Below are positions 27,595 through 40,199 of a stretch of DNA of 64,000 nucleotides, piece by piece. Both the position numbers and the translations under genes were made by a program. A model generated the notes under the pieces. That model did no database searches and was not told the origin of the DNA. It saw nothing but the letters and a program-made list of their open reading frames with translations. The stretch comes from Sphagnum compactum (lineage: Eukaryota): contig OZ234493.1 of NCBI GenBank assembly GCA_965153455.1, positions 32,850,213 to 32,914,212 of the forward strand. The letters run 5' to 3'. How positions within the stretch are numbered: position 1 is the stretch's first letter; each line of letters opens with the position of its first letter.

Positions 27595-27897
27595 GGGGCG
27601 AGTTTCGGCATAATTTGGGCATCAAATGCTTAACTGGGAATGGAAATTTTACAAAACAAACTAATTGGGACCCAAACTAGTTTTCCATCAATTTCGGTGG
27701 TAAACTGAGTTTCATCTTGTCTTTCTTTTTTCCTGAGCGCCTCCACTGCACCTATATATATTTTCACTGCTCCTACCTATGCAACTATTATAATTACTCT
27801 CGAACCTTGTGTATTAAATGCTGAGTTTCAGCATTTCATACTGCGATTTAATAAAATTTCCTTACCACCGAAAGAGGATGACTTTGTGGATAACTCT
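27595..27897 (-). repeat. Paralogous block of 51710-52372 (upstream region of the 886-aa gene)
   Basis: Shared GGGCATCAAA, GGGACCCAAACTAGTTTT, GCGCCTCCAC, GAACCTTGTG(T/C)ATTAAATGCTGAGTTT and TAAAATTTCCTTAC in the same order. Confidence 0.75.
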
Positions 27898-28091
27898 ATT
27901 AATGTGTAATGTAAAAGAGACTTCTACTGATGGATGACCATTAATTGAGTCAGAGTTGAAGTCAAGTTGAAGATCTCTTCAACAATGTGCAAGGTGGACA
28001 ATAGAAGCTCACCATCCATTGGAAGCTGGGGATGAACCCTAACAGAGTTGAAGTCACGATTATCCTTGTGTAAAAAATAGGTCTAACAGGA

Positions 28092-28385
28092 AGGTAGCAG
28101 AATTGGGTGTGTTACTAGGTTAGTAGATTGGGGTTAGTATGTAGATGGTTAGTATATAAACAAGGGCTAGTGGGTTGTTAAATAGGTTGGTAGCAGAAAT
28201 GGGTGTGTTACTAGGTTAGTAGATGGGGTTAGTATGTAGATGGTTAGTATATAAACAAGGGCTAGTGGGTTGTTAAATAGGTTGGTAGGAAAAATGGGTG
28301 TGTTACTAGGTTAGTAGACGGGGTTAGTATGTAGATGGTTAGTATATAAACAAGGGCAAGTGGGTTGTTAAATAGGTTGGTAGTA
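28092..28385 (+). repeat. Tandem repeat, ~95-96-bp unit x3
   Basis: GGGTGTGTTACTAGGTTAGTAGA recurs at 28105, 28201 and 28296. Confidence 0.92.
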
Positions 28386-31300
28386 AAAATAGCAACTGAG
28401 CTAACCACCATGGTTAGTTAGGCAACTATAACCCAATGGCAAAGTGTTTCCTGTCCACCCACCATCCAAACTTCATGGTGATAGTTCACCTTGGTTATTT
28501 TGGGTTACTGAGAAATAATGTAGAAGTGTAAGAAGAAGAAGAGGCTGTTATTTGAGAAAAGATAAATTTCTGGACAAGAGGAAAACACAGGTGATGCCAT
28601 TAAATTGGTCTCATAATTGACCTGGCAACTACGTGCGGTTACACCCCACTTAGCTTGCTTTAGAACAAGACAATTGCATGTACACTCTACTTTGGATGAA
28701 GTACACTCTTCAACTAATGGTGAAAATAGGCTCGCACTGTACACTGTTCAATTTTTCATGGTTATAGATGAGAACTGATTAAAACTCTATGGTGATGGAT
28801 GTGATAAAAGCTTCTAGAGGTCACAATAAGGGGTGTGGATGGACCTTCTCTTAAGGCAGCACCAGTTCCAGCCAGGGTTTTTTTTTTTTTTTTTTTTTTC
28901 CCCAATTTGGTGAGGTCGATGATCTGGTGATCATTCACAAATGAATCTACAACAAAAGGTGTCCTTGCAGACCAAGTGATTTCATTGAATTTTGAATGAA
29001 TTCATTGATCATAGCGTATAGGACCTAATGGGGATGCAGTGAATGCACTCATGTAATGAACTGGGATTAATGAACTGCACCCACATTCTGTAGTAGTGGG
29101 ACTTAGGCAAATTTTGAAAAAAATTAGAAATCAAGCTATATTTTGGTGACATGCTGGAAACAAATGCTGACAAACACAAACTGTGCTATCTTAGCTTTCA
29201 GTTTGTCTTATCAGATGTCTCCCAAGAGACCTCTTAGCTCTCAGAAGAGACAAGTGTGCCAGTGTAACTGTTGCCATTTCTTGGTGGATTTAAGATTTTT
29301 GGAGTTCACAATTGACAGATATATTGGAAGGTTTTGGCAGACAATTGAACAATGGGTCTCATAATTGCACCTGGCCTGTTTTTCTTCTTCTTGTGTTGTT
29401 GGTCTGTTTTCTTCCTTTGCACTTTTCAAAAAAACTTGACCACAGCAAATATGTTTGCTTGATCAGGCTGTGCATTTATTGAGGTCCAATCCTGCATCTA
29501 AAACAGGTCAACTGAGCCAGGGAGATTCAATGCTGAACCAGCAGCCAGCAAAGATGATGGGACTTCAGAACAGCGAAAATCAGATATCAAGCCCAAGACC
29601 TAATGTTGGGCCAAAACCATTTTGCTGATGACTTTTCTTCATCCAATTTTAATTTGCAGTTTCACGTACAGATCATGGGTGGAGTTGCTCTGAATGCATG
29701 CCACCAACGCCCCCTATTTGGGCCTCTACCAGTTGTAGTTGGCCCTCTACAGGGTAAATTATGAGAATTCTACTAGGGAGTGTTAGAGTATACACCCATA
29801 CTTCCATTTCCTTCCATTAGCCTTGGTAAAAAATGGTGGGAAATAGTCTTAGGACTATAATTTTCATGTAGCCAATGAGAATACTCAACATGCACCCAAG
29901 AAAAACCAATTAGTTTCTTGTTTGAGGGGGGAGGGTTTTTTACCCCCTACTTCTAATGTGTTCCCACTTTGTTCCCATTGAGATCTCAATTAAGGTTCTT
30001 CAAGATGTTCCCTATAGCTCCGCACTTTTATCCCATACTTTCATGTATATATATATAAACCGTAAAGGGGGGCCAAAAGAAGAACACCTCTCTACGTCTA
30101 TTTTAGGTAATGGGTGAGAGTACGAATTTTTAAACTTTTTTTCTTTGAATCTTACAATATCAAATCAAAATTCCACAATGCAATATAGGTTTTCTATGAA
30201 ATCATTTTCATTCATTTTAAACCATGAAAATTCAATGTTCACCTATTGAAAACATTACAAAATGATGTATTGATTACACCAAGAAATTGATGAAACCATA
30301 TCAATTTGAAAGATAATATTTAAAGAAGACTAACCTATTATTCAATGTGATAAGAACTTTTAAATTCAAATATGTGTTGGTTTCATTTGGGAGGACAAAA
30401 ACATTAATTTCCACATGTGATGATATGAAAAGGTGATTTATATGAAAGGAATTGTCAATTTGGAGACCATATGATAGATTATGAAAAACCCCTCTTCATA
30501 TTGATTATGATATCTTGTTACCAAAATTTTAAGGAGTAACACTCATAAAAATAATAATAAATGGGTCATGTGTTACCATTGGTGTGAGTGAGGAAAATTC
30601 ACAATTTATTTTTGGGAATGGGTTCCACTTCATGTTTTTTGAATACAAAAGAGATAATGATTTTTTGTAATACTAAAAGTATGAGACATTCACCCATTAT
30701 CAACTTGGGCTCCACATTGCTACATATTGTTAGTGTTGATGAAATGATGTAAAAGTGAAAAATCAAATTTCATTTGAATGAAAATATTGAATGACATTGC
30801 ATGTAACTTGAATGTAATTCAATTTCAATTGAAGAGAAATGAGATGTAAATTGATGTAAAAGGTATATTTGCTTATCATTTCCATCATTCATGACTATGG
30901 TGTTTTAAATTTTTTTGAAAAAACATATCTTAAAATACATTATTCCATTCTGTTCAAAGTAGCTTCCAAACCAAAATCTATTTTGGTAGCATGAAATATT
31001 ATGGGACTTTATAGTTGTTCCTTTAAAATTAGTTCTAAGGTAATTACTACTTAATGGCTTTCCTCCACCTCCAATTGGCAATAACATCAATAGGGAAATG
31101 TTGGGAACTTTTATTTTGTTGCTAACTTTTGGCAACCTCCAAGATGTTATGTTGAGGAAAAAGCTTACACAATTTTGGTGAATGGGTTATCACAACTATT
31201 GCAAATCCAACATTTAACATTATAAAAAATAATCGTTATCACATGAAAGGAAACAAGACATTTTATAAAATCATCAATATTTTAAACAAAATTGATTTTT

Positions 31301-34300
31301 TTTCTTTCCATAAACTCTTTAAAAAACCTGATGAAAAGTTTTGCCATTCTATAATGTTTTCAAAACTTGTTATTTAGGATTGAATTTTTAAAAATTCTAC
31401 AAAAATCTTGACATTATCAATTATGAAAAGATCCAATTTCAACTCCAACATAAAGATTTCACACAACAAGGAGAATCTTTTTTTTGAGGTCTTGCTTAAC
31501 AATATTGTGCAATAAAAAGCTTCATCAATGAAAGTTGGACAAGTATCAACTTTATTTTCCAAAGAAACTTACATTAGTGCAAATTTTGTCCACTTGAATC
31601 TTTCCATTGCATCTATGGTTTAAAATGTGCAAAAATGTGATTATTAAGACATTATCTTGGACAATATTGCTTGGTGGCATGATGTCATAACTTCTATGTT
31701 TGCCTATTGGTGACATGGTGTGGCACTTTTTACACATATCTATGTATGTTGAATTTGTAATTCTTTTATACCTAAAATAATGTCACAAAGAGCCTAGTCG
31801 CATGTGTTTGCACATGCAAATGTAAAAGAAATAAAAAACCATTTTCAAGTTTAACTCTAATGTCTCACCTATAGCAAGAAGAGTTAGAAGATTGTTTCAT
31901 TTTCATAGATCCATCATCTAAAATGTGTGTCTTTCATGGAAGCTACCAAAGAAGCATGCTCTTGGAGACATCATTTACTAACCTACTAAAATGCCCTATT
32001 TATGGCTCCAAAGTGAAACACCTCAAAATTCATCTTCCATTCATGTGTCAAAACAACATACGATCTTTGACTAGTTATACCCTCAACAAAATAATCAATT
32101 GGGATACTTAAAATGAAAAATGAATTGTTTTCTAACAAAGTTAATAAGTTCATTGATAGTTAGGAGTTACAAAAGTAAGCCTTAACCAAGCCTCAAACTT
32201 TAGATATAAATCCTTATGAAGGAAATATTTTCGAAGATTAAAATAAAAAAATGATTTTTTGGTAGCAAGCCATAGCTCATGACCCATATATGTAGTAATT
32301 TTTTTAGTTTCATCCATTACAATGTAATGTTTATTGTGACACATGTTGCCCTTATATCATAGTTTGACATTAATTTGACATTACTGCATGTTATAAACAA
32401 ACCCACAATTTTTTTAAAAAAAATTTGATTTTTTTTTAGTATTTAGTTTTCACAATTTACACTTGCTAAAATTCACTACAAATCATAGCAATACCCAAGT
32501 TTTTGAACATGATTTTTGTGCAACTTTGGACTACTTGAAATTTCAACTTTTGTAAGGAATTGAAAGGAAATGTTGGAGATGTACTCCAAAGTTGTTTTGG
32601 AAGTGTACACAATATCATCAGTGACATTGAAACAAAGGGCAATGCTTCAAAGAGAAAGGTGAAGGAAAGTTGTATAGATCGGCAAATTATATGTCATTTC
32701 TTCCATTTGTTTTCATAGGAGCATCCCAAAATTCAAGGAAATAAGTGTGAGATCATTGTATTCATTTGTATAATAATATTTACCCTAGCCAAAATTAAAT
32801 AATCTCACTTGATATTTATGATTAGCAACTGGTAGATTTATAGATGCAAACTTATAGATCCAAGGAACTAATATCATAAAATGTGTTTCTAGAATATTTT
32901 GCACATTGAAAATCCCAAAAGAAATTTGGGCAAAAGAAAAACATTATGTGGCAAAATCATTTTCATGAATTTCATAAAAACTGCAATATCGACTTTTATT
33001 CTTTTAATGAAGTAGGTGAAGTTCAAGTCTTAAATATTGGTCCTTGTATGAAAGGGTGAATATTGCCTTACAAGAAATACTCAGCAAATTTACTATGACC
33101 TTACCCTATATGGTATAATTGCTTATCATTGATTGATGGTCGATGATAGATTAAAAATTTAATGAATTAAAACATTAGTGCCAAATTTGCTTTGTGTTCA
33201 CAACCACTTAAAACACCAATCACGAACAAATGTTCAATAAAAAATCTTATGTTAATTTTTTTAAAAGTTTATTATCAGAATTGGGAGATTTTGTGTTTTT
33301 GAGAATCGAGGTGGGAAAATCAAACCTTTAGATCTACCACATTAGAGCCCACCCATTTTTGATTGATTTTACATATATATATTTTTGGTAATGGGGGTCC
33401 AAGGTGACATCAAACAACATCGAGGTGAATTAAATTTTGAAGCCTTGGGCACATAAAATTATAAACAAATTGTGATTGGAAATTAACCTTTGTGTGTACA
33501 AAAAAAACATATAAGTGATTGGACATTTGACCCCTTGTGCACATTAAAAACATTGCTTAGTTTTGGGTTAGACACCATAATAACAAACAATTCAATTAAA
33601 TTATTTAAACACATCTTTGGATACTATGGGTATAAGAACTAAGAAAATTCATTAAGGAATTTCCCACCAAAAATCACATTGTAACAACAAAGCAAGGGCA
33701 AATTCCCATAGAACTAGGCAGTCCTAGAATAAGAACAAATTTGGAGCTTGTGAAAGATTAAAGCTTTGAATTTTCCCAAACATGTCATCTCTATTAGAAA
33801 GTTTAGATGAGGAGTTGTAATCTTTTTAGAGATCCTAATCCTTGTTACTATTGTTTTGAAAAAGGGAGTAGAAGTAATCCCTACTACAAGTGGCATTAAA
33901 AAAGGAAGTAGAAGTAGACCCTATTACAAAAGATGTATAAGACATGGTCCTTGTAGTTGAGATCAATAAGGAAGTAGTAAAAGATACATTTGGGATCAAA
34001 CATGAAGTAGAATAGCTAGAAATAAAAAGAAGTGCAAAATAGGGCAAAACTAAATGGCATACCAAAATTAGTACATGAATACATAATTAAATATTCAAAA
34101 TATGTTTACTACTTGTTGGGTCCCACAATCATCAATCCTACAAATGGCAACAAGCTTTAGGAGTAACATGGGTCACAAATTTCCCTCCTTTCAACCACAT
34201 TGCAACTTGAAATATACTCCCACTACTTGCACATCAACAACTAATTTGAACTTATATTAGAAAGACTTTGCTAATTTTTAAGAGCAACTTGTTTCTTGTG

Positions 34301-34664
34301 AAAAAATGAACCTATGCAATTGAACAATATTTAATTTTAACATCTTTTTTAAGTTCTTGGTCTTTGTACATGCAACACTAGTTCGTACCACTTGTAGGAG
34401 CTCAATAGACGGCCCCCAAGTGTTGTAAGGTTGGGATTGGGAGGAGTAGGTTTAAGATGAGTCCATTAATGTGAAAGGAGGCCTTGTAGCTCCTCCCACA
34501 ATGTAATAAGGGTGGACCATTAGCAAATTGCCTTACAACTTGTTTCAATGTGCTAAAATTGTGACAAAATGGGGTTTTGGGTCAAGGCTATGAATGCCAA
34601 AATAATCGATAGCCCTAATTTGTCACATAACAACACAAAAGAGTTGTTAGTCCCAACCTATCCT

Positions 34665-36812
34665 CACTATAATAAAATGGGGTGATTTGCAACTAGCTTT
34701 GCAATTGGGTTTCTAAGTTGCAATGAACATTTGCAACTCAACATATTTTTACAAGTGTGAATGTTGTTTGACAAGTTGCCTGAATTGCCATGGACATAAC
34801 TCACCATATGTGAAATCATACACAAATTACATCGTATCATGTAATTTGTGCAATTCCAACTATGTAGGAACAACTATTATCTAACTATAATGCAACTAGT
34901 TTGTAATTACCATGGTAATCTCATGTTAATGTCATTTTTCATCAATCTATCAAAATTTGATACATGACACTATGGGGATTTTTGGGTGAAAATTATTATT
35001 TTTTGAAATATTGATCTCCACCATCCATTATGATTGTTTATTTATGATGGAATTAGATTGTGACATGTGGCACAATTCGAAAGTTGCCACATGGCATATT
35101 AATTGAATTTAAATAAATTTAAGTAAGTAAGTAGGTCAATACATAGGCATAGGTAGGTAGGTGAGTAAGTAGGTAAAACTAGGTAGGTAGGACATTCCTA
35201 CATACCTAAATTATATATGTACCTACCTACATTACATACCTATTTGTTTACTAAGGTAGGAACATAAAAAAGTAGGACTAACTACTTACTTACCTAGGTA
35301 GATAAGTAGGTAGGAAGGTAAAAAAATAACCATGTAAATATTTGTATTTTATTTTATGTTTTGTTTTTTAGGTCAATTTTTTTTGAGCTCATCCCATATT
35401 GACACATGTATTTTATTGTGAACACACAAGAAAAACACCTTTTTAATATAATTTGTGAAATAAGATTCAAGGACAAAACTTATGGGTCCAATCTTTTAGT
35501 TACACATTAGTTGCAAATTGAATTACAATTAGAAAAAGGTTTTCCCACATTTTTTATGTAATTTTTTTGTTTTGTAAATTGTACAACTAAACAAATAATT
35601 ATTCAAAATAGTCATTTGATTTTTTAATTAATTAGTCTAATTTAAATAAATAATTAGTTACTTATTAGATGATTAATGAATTGAATTTATATAAAATTTA
35701 GATAATTAATCATATGTATACCCAAAATATTATTTGGATTAATAATCTAAACTAGTCATTTGAATTATTTATTTTAATTCAGATAACTAGTTAGTTAGTG
35801 AATTTAGATAATTAATTTTTATATATTTAATTCAGATAATTAATTGTTTGAATTAAGTTACTAACTAATTATTTGAACTAATAAGTCCAATTCATCTAAT
35901 TTGTTAGTTAATTATTCAAATAATTAATTATCTGAATTCAAATAATTAGTCATTTATTATCTGAATTTTAACTTTTAATTAATTATCTTAATTAATTACA
36001 CTGATTAATTTATATTAATACTTATTTATGTAATAATTAATAGTTAAAAATTATTTTTAAAAATATTAAAAATTAAAAATTAAAAATGAATTTAGGTAGA
36101 ATACATAATTATCAAATAATTAATTTTTTTAATTTTTTGAATTGATGATTAATTATTTGAGTTTAATATTGTTATGGATAATTCTAGTTTAGAAAATTAA
36201 TTAATTAGTTATAAATTATTTATTTATTTCAATTTAAAAAATAATTTTTTGAATTAAATTGATAAATTTAGTTTAACTTTTAAATATTAATTAATATGTA
36301 ATGGTCAATAAGTTATTTAAAAAAATCATTATTCAATATGAAGAATTAAATATGAATTTCTTAAGTTATTATTTTATTAACAATTGAACAACATTCACAA
36401 AATAATGAAAAAAATATACTTTTATAGTGGGAACATAATAACAACACAATTGCACAATTAGTTGTATCAATGGGAACCATAGTTAATAATTAATTGCAAA
36501 TGTTATATTTAATGGGTGATGGAGATGCAACCACATGGCATGATTGTGTGTGTTGAAGTTGTACACTAGTTACAACGTAGTTGTTGATTAGGTGCTACAT
36601 TTACAAAAGTTCTAATGTAGTTGCCACATGCAACTAAAATGCAACTTGCCAAAAAATCAAACATGATTGATTACATTTTGTATGCACATTTTGTATTACA
36701 TCATATAAGTGTTCCATTTGCATCTAAGTTGTAATTATAATATAATTCCTTGATTTTTTAATGTGAATTTTTATTTATTAATTACTCGTATTTCCATGCT
36801 TTAGTTGTAGTG
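34665..36812. mobile_element. Possible non-autonomous CACTA-like element with an extremely AT-rich core
   Basis: Starts CACTATAA and ends TTGTAGTG; TGCAACT/AGTTGCA subterminal motifs recur near both ends; no matching 3-bp TSD. Confidence 0.35.
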
Positions 36813-37019
36813 TAATTGTATATTATTTGTTTCGGAATTCTAATTGCATGGTAATGTGGTTCTGGCGGACATGATTTCTCATAGTGCCCAACAACAACAC
36901 AAGAAAACAAGTAATCCCAATCTGCCATAATAGCAAACATAAAAGTATTAACAACTTGATCTTGCCACAATAGCAACACACAAGTTAGTGAAGATTAATA
37001 GATTGCTTAATGCATATGG

Positions 37020-38120
37020 ACACGGCAAATGGGTAGATCAACAATTGAAGATGCAATGGATGTAGTGAAAGGACACACCTTTTTGAAGCATGCTAGCAAG
37101 TATTAGAACATTTTTTTGACTTCACTTTTAAATCACATCAATGGTAGAACCATAACAAGGAAAATGGGTTTGCAAGGTGTGCTAACAAATGAAGAGGATG
37201 CAGCAATAGTCACTTGGATTTTGAACATGCAAATGGTTGGCTTATCGATCACCTTTCAACAATTCAAATTGAAGGGTGTTGAAATCACACAAACTAGACC
37301 CATGGCATTCCAAGATGGTGTTTAAGGAGGTAGTTGGTGATATTAGTTGAAAAAATGACATCCAAAAACTAGTAAAAAGGGTAAAAGTTTTAAGGCAAAA
37401 GGGATAATTGACCAAACATGCCATATTTTTACCTCGATTTGGAAAAGTTGTACACAACACAAGTACCCACATACCTCATCTGAAATTTAGATGTGACATG
37501 GGTTGAAACAAGCAACAATTTGGTGCCCAAGTTTTGGCTAGGTGAGGTTCCTATGATGTTTATAACACCATCCCCAAGTTTCAATAGTGGTTGACTATGA
37601 ATTATGTTGTTAATGTAGCAAGGGTAGCTTTGCTTGCCTTTTACATTTTTAGAAGTGAAAAGATGTAGGAAGACTATTTAAAGGTATGTAAACCATGAAC
37701 ATGCATGGCCATGTCAAGAAAAACTTGGATGATTACATACCTTTTTAAGGAGTGGTTGTCTTTTTTCTAACAAATTTAACCTAGAGGGGATTTCTCAGAG
37801 AATTGTCATTTTTTGATTTTAAATATATAGGCATGGGTAACATGATGTCACAATGGAAGAATTTGAACAAGCAATTGAATTCAAGCTAAACATGGTGACC
37901 TTATTTTCCTATACATCACATGTGTTTCAACCACTACATATGACCTATTTCAAACCATTCAAGAATGCCTTTAAAAGGGAAAGAAATTGTGCTATGGTTG
38001 TCAATAATTATTTTGAACTAAACAAGATCACATTAGCAATGGGCGGACAAGGCTTTGGAAAAGTCCTTAAAAGAATACAATATAAAATCAAGGTTTAGGG
38101 TATATGAAATTTGGCCATTG
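37020..38120 (+). mobile_element. Decayed pogo/Fot1-like Tc1/mariner transposase (HTH + DDE_1)
   Basis: TSLLNHINGRT...GVLTNEEDAAIVTWIL...GLSIT (psq/CENP-B-type HTH) and WMITYLFKEW...TSHVFQPL...FKPFKNAF (DDE_1); many stops and frameshifts. Confidence 0.8.
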
Positions 38121-38529
38121 AATCTTGCCACCATGGTTGAAAGTTTGGTTTGATCGAGGTGTTCATAACAACAGAAAAAAAGGATTGCAAAATTTTTTAT
38201 CATTTAGATGCAACAAATTAAACCAATGACATTGAGGATAAATTTGAAGCAACCACAAACCCACTGAATATTGTTGGTACATTTCAAACAACACCTACGA
38301 TGCCTCCTACCATAGTGGAGTGCCCTTCTTTACTCATAGTGCACACCTTGTTACTATGTAAAAATGTGACACAATCGTTTGACCCTAACAAGCAATTACG
38401 AACAAGATCAACTAATGTGAACTTGGAAGATCCTATTTTTAAATTAGACCTCCTACATACAATAATAACACATTAAAATAAGGAGAGAGATATAAATAAA
38501 CAAAAAAATAAAAGGAGAGAAAAACAAAC

Positions 38530-39420
38530 TTAGGAATTGTTGTTGTAGGTGGCAATGGAGATGGATTGAGGAGTAGGTTTTAAATGGCAATGGTGACGAA
38601 CTAAAGAACAACTATTGTAGGTAGAAATGGTGACAAACTCAAAAATTATAATTGCAAGTGGCAATCGCAATGATCATTTTCAAAGTTCTTGAGCTCTTCC
38701 TACACACACACAATTGTGTTCACATTAAAAGACAATGAAAGAAAGATAAGAAAGAAATAAACAAAAAGGGGAGAGAGAGAAGTGAATAAAATATAGGAAC
38801 AATTATGCAAGTGGTGTTGGCAACGAACTTAGGAACTTAAATAGCAAATGATGATGGTGATGATTGACTTTCTTAATAAAGCTCCTCGTGCACACAATAA
38901 TGAACCCATATAGAGAGAGGGGAAAAAAAAAGGATAAAAGAAAATTTAAGAAGGAGTTCTTGTAGGTGGCAATGGTGATGATTGACCAAAGCCCAAGCTC
39001 CTCTTGCACATGATGATGAACATATAGAAAGGGAGGAGGAGAGAGGGAAAGGAAAAAAGACAAAAAGGGAAGAGAATTGGGAGAGTGAGTGAAATCACTT
39101 AGGAGGTCCTACATAGGGTGACGGTGACTAACGAAAAGCCAAATCACTCCTCTTATAAATAGCGATGAAGATGTTGATGATGAGTTCATGAGATTTCACA
39201 AGCTTTGTTTTGGTGATGGTGTTTGTTTTCTCCTTGTGATAGAAAGAGAGATGATAAAAGAAAAAAAAAGAAAAAAAAGACGGAGGAAGAGCTCTTGGGA
39301 ATGCTCAAGCCCTTTTGGCTTTGGAAACCTCATGAGTTTTGTGAACTTGGTGATGGAATTCACCTTTTTCTTGTGACAAACAAAGAAATAAAAAGATGGT
39401 GTTTGTTTTCTTCTTGCATT
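38530..39420 (+). repeat. Degenerate purine-rich repeat array (GTAGGTGGCAATGGTGA motif)
   Basis: The motif recurs about six times, interspersed with GA-rich tracts. Confidence 0.45.
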
Positions 39421-40199
39421 ATAAATAGAGAAAGAGACACTTAGAAAGCATAGAACAAAAGTAGTACTTTGGGCCTTCCAAGTTGGTCTAGGGAAGGAGA
39501 GAGAGTTGCGGTGGCCATCCATTGCCACAACATTCTTCTTACTGATTTGGGGAGAGGCAAAAGAGGTAATTGAGATTGCCCTGAGTGGCACTAGCTTGGT
39601 TGTTAATTTTAGGATATTAAGTTATTTGTTCAAAACATTTCCTATTTCAAAACCCTAAACACACCTATGCCTATGCAGTTGGGGATTGATTATTTGAGAA
39701 TTTTGGTCCTTAAGCCAATTTTTTTTTCATAACTGAACAATAGTAAAAAGCAGTCCAAACCTATATGAGAGTTTATTGTGTTGTTCATGGAATGAATGGT
39801 GTCTTGCATAGGATTGTCAATGTTTGTTCACAAGGTGTAAAGTACATGGTATTAGGACAACCATGTGTGAAAGTTTTTTCAAACAAAGAGACCTCCCCAA
39901 CTTTGGGGGGCCATAACTTTCTCATTCTGGCTCAGAATTGAATGTTGTAAATGGCTACTAGTGCTGTGGCTTCAGGTTCACCTACACTCTTTGAAGATCA
40001 TGATCACTAACTGCATGATTACTGAACTCCTGGGATCCCACTTCTTAAGTTTTCACACACCGGCCGTTCTACCCTACCAATGGTCTCAAACATAAAAGAA
40101 AGCTATTTTTGAAGTTGTTGCAAATGCTAAATATTGTCCTTATTTCTTGCCACTCGTGGCCCTTTCCATGGTATGCTGATCATTTCTCTGACACAATTG

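Noticed and set aside
28945-29098. Mini CACTA-like insertion
   Set aside because: The right end TAGTAGTG fits, but the left end is degenerate and there is no TSD.
30400-33250. Additional hAT-like transposase fragments (similar hints at ~22650 and ~55200)
   Set aside because: Too degraded to support boundaries or a family call by eye.
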